Shown here piece by piece: positions 54,935 through 64,000 of a stretch of 64,000 nt of DNA. Positions within the stretch are counted from its first letter, which is position 1. Every line of letters starts with the position of its first letter. A model generated the notes under the pieces. It was not told the origin of the DNA. It saw only the letters and a program-made list of their open reading frames with translations, and ran no database searches. Origin of the DNA: Eledone cirrhosa (lineage: Eukaryota); contig OZ024743.1 in assembly GCA_964016885.1 (NCBI GenBank), positions 347,448,001 to 347,512,000 of the forward strand, written 5' to 3'. The translations under genes were made by a program, and so were the position numbers.

Positions 54935-55393
54935 GGCTTTCCAAAAATAAATGTTGTGGTATTTATATCTTTTCATGTGGTAAGAGAGGGTGGTGAGTGG
55001 GATGGGTGGAGGTCATTGGTTGAAAGAAAAGGGAATTCATTAAAAGCTAATTCTTTAAGTCTATAGTTTATATTTAGAGTGACAAAGGCAGAAAGGATTC
55101 TATAAACAGGTTCAGAATGGGGTGCCACTCCTTATTTTTGAGTTTATATTAAGCTAACAATGCCTATATTTCAGGTGTCTATAAGATGGTTGGGGGCCGG
55201 GTATGGTTGATGGATTTAAAGAAAAGGGAAATTCTTTAAAAGCTAATTCTTTAAAGTTCTACTTAGAGTGACAAAGGCCAAGAGAATTCTATAAACCAGT
55301 TCAAAATATTGGGGGTCTATCATTATAGTCATATTTCTCTTAAGCTATATTCCAGGTGTCAACAGACACATTCACATACATACACACACACAT

Positions 55394-55498
<105 letters not shown>

Positions 55499-55637
55499 CA
55501 CACACATACATATATATACATACACATGTATATGAATTCCCTTTTCTTTCAACCAATTAACTCAACACATCCCACTCCTCACCCTCTCCAACCACCTGAA
55601 AAGATGTAACTACCACTACATTTATTTTTGGAAAGCC

Positions 55638-55688
55638 AGATTCCTGATGATTTCTAAAGAATGAAACAGTTCTAGTCCTGTAGAATCT
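55638..55688 (+). ncRNA. Hammerhead with looped stem III (can fold as a monomer), intact
   Basis: agattc-CTGATGA-t ttc taaa gaa t-GAAA-cag ttctagtc ctg-TA-gaatct. Confidence 0.88.
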
Positions 55689-55773
55689 CATCTATATTAA
55701 AACTTTTATACTCTGCTATGTATTGAGTACCTTACTTACTGTGGTTACCTCCGATTCAACCCGGAATAACTTA

Positions 55774-55839
<66 letters not shown>

Positions 55840-56079
55840 GTTATATATATTAGAGATAGAGAGAGAGAAAGAAAGAGAATGAATGTTTGTAGTTTTATGT
55901 GATTGTGTGTGATTACGAGTACAAAACACGCAGGGACTTGTGTGCCAACATTTCCATTTCCGAAAGCTTATATAACATAACATTATATTCATAAACAACC
56001 ATAAAAAAATTGTAATTACATTTATATGTATACTCACAAACACTCAATAGCACACACACACACACATGCATATACACCC

Positions 56080-56112
<33 letters not shown>

Positions 56113-56634
56113 TACATACACACACACACACACATACACACATACATACACACACACACAGACACAAACATATATATATATATAATCGGATTACAAATAT
56201 TTTAATACTGAAAGAAAGGAATAATATCTATATATATGTATGTATATATAGGACCGGACGTACATCTGTGTGAGTATCTTTTACGGTTTCCAGTTAACGG
56301 GGTATAGTAACCAGCACATGATATAAGTAACACAAATTAATAATGGTCCCCCGGACAGAATTGAAACATACAGCAAGAAAGGTAGAAAGCACCTCCCAAA
56401 ATAACCACTTACGAACAGAAAATCAGAGAAGTAGGACAAAACGATAACGGGCATTGTTGCGACATGTAAAGTTGGAGAAAAGATATACAAAAACAAGAAA
56501 GTAAAACATATGTTTGTACACAGAAATACAGTGGGGGAACGCGTGTAGCGTCTTTTGATGAAAGTCTACAAACAGAAATATATATGTGGTAGAGACACAC
56601 AGACGATTAATGCTGACTAAGGAAAAGATTGCAG

Positions 56635-56734
<100 letters not shown>

Positions 56735-57000
56735 GCGCAGAAGCTGATTAGTATAATCAATGTCAATTCTGATTAAAATTCTCTATGCTAGGAAAAATAT
56801 ACAAAAAACTAGGAAACAACAGAGAGAAAAGCGCTCGCCTCATTATGTAAAAGTTATGTAATCTGTTTTTTATGCATATGGCAGAACCGAACCGATAGCT
56901 GTATCTATAGCTTTTAAGGCTTTAACTACAGAGAAATAATAAACAATGATATAAGGATATATATATATATGTATATATATATATAAATATATATATATAT

Positions 57001-57451
57001 ACTAGACCTAAAAAATGAGCAAGCTCAAAAGAGCCCCAGAATGTTATAATAAACCTTCAAATGTGTGGGACTAGAGTTGTTGCTCAAAAATATTGTAATC
57101 ATTATCTATCTTACATCTGTGGCATCCTTTTATAAAAAAGAGACTCATAACGAACTCAAGACGACACGATAATTATTTAAGCTAATGTACAATATCTTAT
57201 ATTAGATGTTTAGTAATGATTAATACGAAATGCACTTAAACCGAATTCTATATTATAAATTCACTTAAATAATCATCGTATCGTCTTGAGTTCGTTATGA
57301 GTCTCTTTTTTTAATAAAAGGATGCCACAGAGTGTACGATAGATAATGATTACAATATTTTTGAGCATCAACTCAAGTCCCACACTTTTGAAGATTTATT
57401 ATAACATTCTGTGTGTGGCTCTTTTAAGCTTGCGCATTTTTCAGGTCTAGT
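57001..57451. mobile_element. Older fold-back/MITE-like element, ~180 bp arms
   Basis: actagacct...aggtctagt; aaagagactcataacgaactcaagacga pairs with tcgtcttgagttcgttatgagtctcttt. Confidence 0.82.
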
Positions 57452-58159
57452 TTAATATTTTTTAAAGGCAAGGCTTGTAATAACTCTAGTTAAACATGAT
57501 ATACATATTAATAATAAATTATCGTTGTAATGTAATTAGATTATATAATTGTTATTTTATAAATGATCTTATAAATATTATTGTAAGATGTATAAAAATA
57601 TTTTCAGACTTTTAATATAAACAACTACAAAAACAATCAATATTAAATAAATATATTTTACATAATAATTGTTATAGTTGAATTAATAAAAATTAAATAT
57701 TACACACAAATAGTCTAACATCATAATAAAAAAATAATCTAACATATTAATGATAAAATAATCTAACATAAAACGAACAATAATATGGACAAATATACAA
57801 GTAAATATGATACAACCAATATTATTAGCATGTTATAACAAACAAACAAAAATAGTTAATATAAATTAAAAAAATCATATATAAATTAACTATATAACTT
57901 ACCAAAACGAGAAAAATATTTTGATCAATAACGACGAAATACAGGAGGAAATGTTGGAAGCGAATCGATAAATAAATGTGCAAACAAAATGGCGGATGCT
58001 TTTGAGCAACTGACGATACATTACCAAAACATGTTTGGCAGCTATCACCACGGCCACCGACACCCCTTGAATGTTTTATTCACAAGCTACGCATATTTGT
58101 CAGACACGCAGACTTAAAACATTCTGTAGTTAGTCACTGCGTGTCTAACAGATATATAT

Positions 58160-58975
58160 ATAAATGGAAAAAATGAAATTTCATTTCTCACTCTTAATAC
58201 GGCTGATACTTAAATATAAGTATGTATACGTACATACATATGTTTATACAGACGTACAGTAGTATGTATATGCATATATACATGCACACATATATATATA
58301 TGTACGTACGGGTTCACCGAACATTTATTATATTGCTCGGTTTGTTTGTAAACAAACAGCCCGAGTTATTAGCCGTACAGTGTTCGGCAATCATCGTTGC
58401 CATTTTCTTCAACACTGACAAAGGAAAGATGAACTAGTTTATAGTTTATTATCTATCATCAGCACCGTATACCTTCCTCTCAGTCAATTGAACGTTTGAA
58501 AGTATATACTTTCCTTATGCATATTAACGGCTGAGCAGCCTAATATGCATATCGTGTGAGTTAGTCGGCCGGGCGTACTGAAAACGATAAATGGAAATAA
58601 TGAAATTTCCTTTCCCACTCTTAGTACGGCTGATACTTAAATATAAGTATGGATACTTTTATACATATATGAATACAGACGTACAGTAGCATGCATATAT
58701 ATACATACATGCACACATATGCAAATTAGGCTGCTCAGCCGTTAATATGCATAATGAAAGTATATAGTTTAAAACGTTCAATTGACTGACAGGAAGGTTT
58801 ACGGTGCTGATGACAGCTAATAAGCTAGAAACTAGTTCATCGTTCCTTTGTCAGTGTTGGACAAAAGGGCAACGATGTTTGCCGAACATTGTACGGCTAA
58901 TAATTCGGACTGTTTGTTTACAAAAAAAACGAGGATTATATTAAACGTTCGTTAAACCCATAGGTACATATATAT
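58160..58975. mobile_element. Family A units: ~1.3 tandem copies on - (58160-58715, period ~427) plus inverted partial copy on + (58716-58975)
   Basis: Homologous to 16255-16790; ataaatggaaa.aatgaaatttc repeats at 58160 and 58587. Confidence 0.85.
58801..58843 (+). ncRNA. Minimal hammerhead, intact (minus-strand copy ~58426-58468 has GAAA>TAAA)
   Basis: acggtg-CTGATGA-c agct aata agct a-GAAA-ctag-TT-catcgt. Confidence 0.87.
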
Positions 58976-61144
58976 ATATATATATATTGAACATATAATT
59001 CAACGACACGGCTTTATGACAAAGCTGTCTCGCTGATTTGATCTCAGTATCACGTTAAAGGTACACCCTTCTTTGACATAATTACCCACTAACAGACAGG
59101 AGCTCACATTTCCATTTATCGGACAATTGGATATTCATCGTCGACATTTATGGAGATCCATTACACCTTTACATAGTTGTAGACACATAGGAAGTACTTA
59201 TGTGAACCACATCCTTAAAGTACGCAGGAAGCAAAGGAATGATCAAAATGAGAATAGCAGATGTTGCGATTGTAACTTATATACCAAGACATCTCTTGTA
59301 GATCTAAATTCATTGACCCAAAAACTTCTCTTTGAAAAGTCTATGACTCCCCTCCCATGTATAACTAGATTGCTTGGCTGTCAAGCAGCGACGAAAGTGT
59401 TGTAATAAAAACGCAATATCTATTTTGTTTATTTTTCAACAAGTTCAAGCACTATGTATGTCCGACAGGACAAGATAAAGGTCACGCAGACATGACTCTC
59501 GTTGCTGTTGTTACAAAACTTAGTATCATTCTATTAGAGGTTAATTACTGCCAAAGACATGTTATTGTGGGTTGTATGAGGAAGTGAGGGTAAGTTCAGC
59601 AATAACATGTTCAGGAAAACACGTGCAGAAAAAATTATAAAGACACTGTATAACATAAGAGCCCTACACCTAACTACCGTAAGCAAAAAAAAAAAAATAA
59701 ACAGTGCAGATAAGGATACAACTGCTTCAAAATACCGGATGCGTAACATATGACAGGATTAAGTATTCGAATATAGATACTTATAAGCATAACATATCTA
59801 TGCCGCCTCTCTAGAGTGAAGTTAAAATATATACTTCCAAAATATATTTATAGTTTTAGTTCCATTTCACCTATGTCTATAATCTCAATGTGAAATGTGT
59901 GAACAATCTTTCTATTAGGTGATATTCAAATATTTCTCTGATTTCTGGAGACACCTCCGAATCATTTCATTACAGCTTTGGTTCCAGATTTTTGTGCTCC
60001 GAGGTAATATTTTACTTAAGTATGTTTGTCTCATATCCTTTGAGATTCTGTAAGATAAAGAACTACCAGTCCAGGGCGGTGAATGTGGAGAATCGAAAGA
60101 ATATACCTTGTGATATTGTCTGTGTCTACGTTAGGGGCAGACTTAATTCATCATCTGGCCCTTGGTTAATTTTGTTGAGTCAACGTTGCTCCAATCATTC
60201 AAGCCAAATCTACTTTTCTCAGGATCCCCCCCCCCCTCACTCACACCAGTTTCCAAGATTTTGGAAACGGCTGAGGGCTCTAGCCTTTTCCATTTACTAA
60301 AAATGACCATTTTTTTTTACCTGAAACGCGATATCTCTAGACTATGAGATAGAGAGATTTGATATATCGTGTACTGATATTTATGTCATAATCTGTCTGT
60401 AAGGGTTCAGGGTTCTGATTCATCTATACAATCAGGACAATATACAATTTTGATTCCTGCTTGCAATATTTTCAGTTTATATGTTTTGATAATACGTACT
60501 TTGGACAGGCATGATTGCTGCAATATATCATTACAATTTCTTCATATATTTGGAGAGAGCATAGATGTTCGAGTCAATAAACCAGCAGAAAGACATCTGA
60601 GTGGAAATCAGTTCATATCCTGCCCAAGGAACTAAATGGAGTCTACGATTCACTCTCACTTCCAACAAACTCTAATATTTCAGTCGTCCAGTACGCCTAG
60701 TCGCAACTAGGTACTATAAAATGACATGATTGTCCTTGAAATCGCTAGCCGCTGTACAATTCACGAGTAATTGAATGCTATACAAAATGGCGCAGGGCAG
60801 ATGAGCTGGTGTCTATTGTGATGTTCCTGCTGTACTTTTTCAACAGGAACTATTTGCAGACCTACGTTGGAAAACTACTCTCTTGTCTAGCAGATTATTC
60901 AATCTAAATAGATCCGAAAGAGAGTTATTAAGACTACAAATGATGTTTGTTGAGCCTTAACAGAAACAATCGTTAATGTGTGAAGATTGATAATTAGGGC
61001 CGTTGATCGTCTTTTTGGTGGTGATGAATAAGCCAATGCGGGAAGAGAGGCTGGAGACGTAGAAAGACACTGACTGGGTTTGGGTAGTGGGTCATGGGCT
61101 TTTGCATACAGAACGCACGCACAAACCCACATAGAAACATTATC

Positions 61145-61233
<89 letters not shown>

Positions 61234-61389
61234 ACAGGAATAAAAAGACGATTACTAGGAAGAAAAAAAATGTTTTCCTTTTTATTTCTCTCTCTTTTTT
61301 CTGGGTTAGAAAATGATTAAAACGAAATATTTTACTTTGTGTGAAGTGTTAAGGTATTAGTTAATTTATTTATTAATTAACAATGGCAT

Positions 61390-61420
<31 letters not shown>

Positions 61421-61436
61421 TATATTTAATAATTGT

Positions 61437-61474
61437 CTATTACCGGTTTCAGCATCTTAATGCATTATCAAATG
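61437..61474 (-). ncRNA. Degenerate hammerhead
   Basis: TTGATAA-t gcat taag atgc t-GAAA-ccgg-TA. Confidence 0.5.
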
Positions 61475-61789
61475 ATAATAATATGTATTGGTGTAAAATG
61501 GAGGTGTTGAAAGTGTTAAGGAAATGGGGCAGAAAGAATAATATTATTTACAAACAAGGTTTATGAAGTTAAAAGAAAAAAGAAAAGAAGGGGCGTAATG
61601 TGGAACATAATAAGCCAATGTGAAATAAAAAATAATGTTATTTACAGGCATAGTTCTTGAAGATAAGCAGATCAAAATGTCTTAATATAGCAAGAGTGCT
61701 TAGTTGATCCATGATGGAGGGAAATGGTAGTCTGGGGTTTGATATGATTTCCCTTTTTAGAGAGTTAATAATCATCTTTTTCTCCCTGT

Positions 61790-61988
<199 letters not shown>

Positions 61989-62944
61989 TGTATACCTAAC
62001 GGAATAAAATCATATAACACTCACCATCTACCAACACCGATACACGAGGCACCATTTACTCTATGATGTTACGCAAACTCACTTTCCAAGCCTCAAATAT
62101 ACATACAAACAGCGCAAAACACGCTTACGGGTCAAGAATACATATGCAACGTATGAAAAAAAAAACGTAGACAGATTCACATATATTTATAATTATAAAC
62201 TTGTTCCTCACAACCAAATAAACATAAACAATGAGCCTTAACATTCTCAACGCATCATAAGAATCTCAACTAAATACCGACTGCCTACCCCAATGAGAGA
62301 CACGCACAACTAAGCACACATACCACACTTCCAAAACATAATGAAATAACATGATCATAACCCTCTGTCATAAATTATGTACAAAATATATATGAAAATA
62401 AGCAATTACACAACATCGATATAACATCTACACACAATAGCACACTTAAAAGATGTACATCTATATATGTTTAAAAGAAAACCCTAATAAAAAGATAATG
62501 ACGCCAGATTTGGTTCGAAATGCCTGAAAGAAAAAAAAACTGCCACAAACAGATCTGATGAATTATAGACATAAATATATTAGCAAACATGACACCTGAT
62601 CCAACCAGACGCATAAAACGTAATCTTGACGAGAGACTAGCCAAAAATTCATTACCCTACTCTCCAACTCTACTTCTAAAACGTTATTTTAATCACACAG
62701 ATATCTCTACAGAGTTACATCCCAAGCTATTTTAACCTTTTTAAATGTTTCGTTTTCATTTTTATTGCTGTCTTCCGCTCTACTTTTTCTGTGTATGTCT
62801 AACCTTAGAATCAAGATATAACTCTGCCTCTGATGAGATATTCAATGAGAAAATATAATACACACCATTTGATTTTAATTTCCTATTTTCTCATCGAAAA
62901 GCAATGTTTTAGGGGAAACCATAAACAAATTATTTAAAAAAAAA

Positions 62945-63915
62945 ATGAATACAAACAAAGGAAACAGAACTCCAGGTTCATTGGCCGATGAGGTGGAGTT
63001 TGGCAGTTTCGGCTCAACCGGGGTCACAGCGTCAGTCACAAGCCAAATGCTGTCCATTGAAGTAAGAGATGAGAGACAAAACATTAATTTATAGTAATTA
63101 AGCTACAAGAAGTAAACATAGAATTTTATGTGACGTCAGGGGAAATGTGTGGTGGCTCATGCAGGACGAGAATATTCATTGAAACAACCAAAAATAGAAG
63201 AAAAAGGCAAGAAGAAAGTAAGTTATCGTGTTAAAATGTGTTAGGCATTGCAATAAATGAGGGGGGGGGGACACATTCGCCACATTAGTATTGATAAACT
63301 TAAAGCATACCAAAAACAGGACAAGACAACGAACGAAAAACATTTCTTTTAATGTACATAATGAACATAATGAACATAAACACACACAGACACCCGGATG
63401 TGGCGCATGCGCAGACTGAGCACACAACACACACACAGAAACAAAATGGCGTAGGACAGAACAAAGGAGAGGCACAGAAACAAAGAGGTCACAACGTGTG
63501 TGACGAAAGAACTATGACTATATATAAACAACTATCTGGTTGTGGAACCAACCAACCAACCAGAAATTTATAAAATTATAAATTTATTATAAATTTATTA
63601 TAATAAATTGAAGTGAAAGCAACTGGTGCGTGTGTTTCTTATTGGCAACATGACCCTCCCAAAGTATAACAATACCTTAATAAATTATTATCTTAAAATA
63701 AAAATACAAACGAAGGCAACTGAACTCCTGGGTCATAGACCGTTGAGGGGGACTTAGGCAGTTTCCACCCTTACCAACGGCACTGCCACCCCTTGTCACA
63801 GCGTCCGACATAAGCAAAACGCTGTCCAGTGGAGTAAAAGACGAATGACAAAACATTAATTCATTGCAATTAAGCTACATGTATACATTCAATTTTATGT
63901 GACGCCAGGCAAAAT
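62945..63915. repeat. Diverged ~200 bp direct repeats (62945-63150 / 63700-63915)
   Basis: aatacaaac.aagg.aac.gaactcc..gtcacagcgtc..gacaaaacattaatt..aattttatgtgacg occurs twice. Confidence 0.8.
63170..63675 (+). mobile_element. Family C pLTR copy (HHR 3' half gtcaca..tgtgac-GAAA-gaac-TA-tgac)
   Basis: aaaatggcgtag shared with 21351; terminus atgaccctcccaaagtataacaata. Confidence 0.75.
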
Positions 63916-64000
63916 ATGGAGAGAGAGAGAGAGAGAGAGATAGGGGGGAGAGAGAAAGAGAGAGAGAGACACAGAGAGAGAGAGAGAGAGAGAAAGAGAG

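Noticed and set aside
59500-61110. Possible decayed L1-type element on the minus strand (APN-like patch near 60135)
   Set aside because: Only one weak motif; no continuous frame
62000-62860. Possible PLE EN remnant with CTGATGA at ~62830
   Set aside because: Stems do not pair convincingly and the protein similarity is marginal

Overview
AT-rich eukaryotic (animal) genomic DNA made almost entirely of microsatellites and retroelements. The dominant tRNA-derived SINE resembles the SINE family I know from octopus genomes, so a cephalopod origin is likely (inference). Most of the ORF track is (TA)n/(CA)n translation noise. Recognisable elements: an intact R4/Dong-type RLE non-LTR retrotransposon (1169 aa) inserted in (ACAT)n; a near-full-length but disrupted Tx1/L1-type LINE within a pile-up of (TTA)n-tailed elements; a Penelope-like element (PLE) with RT, a long finger insertion and a C-terminal GIY-YIG; several PLE, RTE and Vingi fragments; a non-autonomous hAT; about 18 SINE copies or fragments; and one candidate host terminal exon (minus strand, NPxY-bearing tail). 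The most striking signal is in the non-coding DNA. About 11 intact and more than 10 decayed minimal type-I hammerhead ribozyme (HHR) motifs occur in 64 kb. They are carried by (i) (TA)n-anchored fold-back elements with one ribozyme per arm on opposite strands and a one-sided tail, and (ii) ORF-less ~430 and ~520 bp partial-tandem units that look like retrozymes or non-autonomous PLEs. All calls are by eye, with no database search or folding computation.
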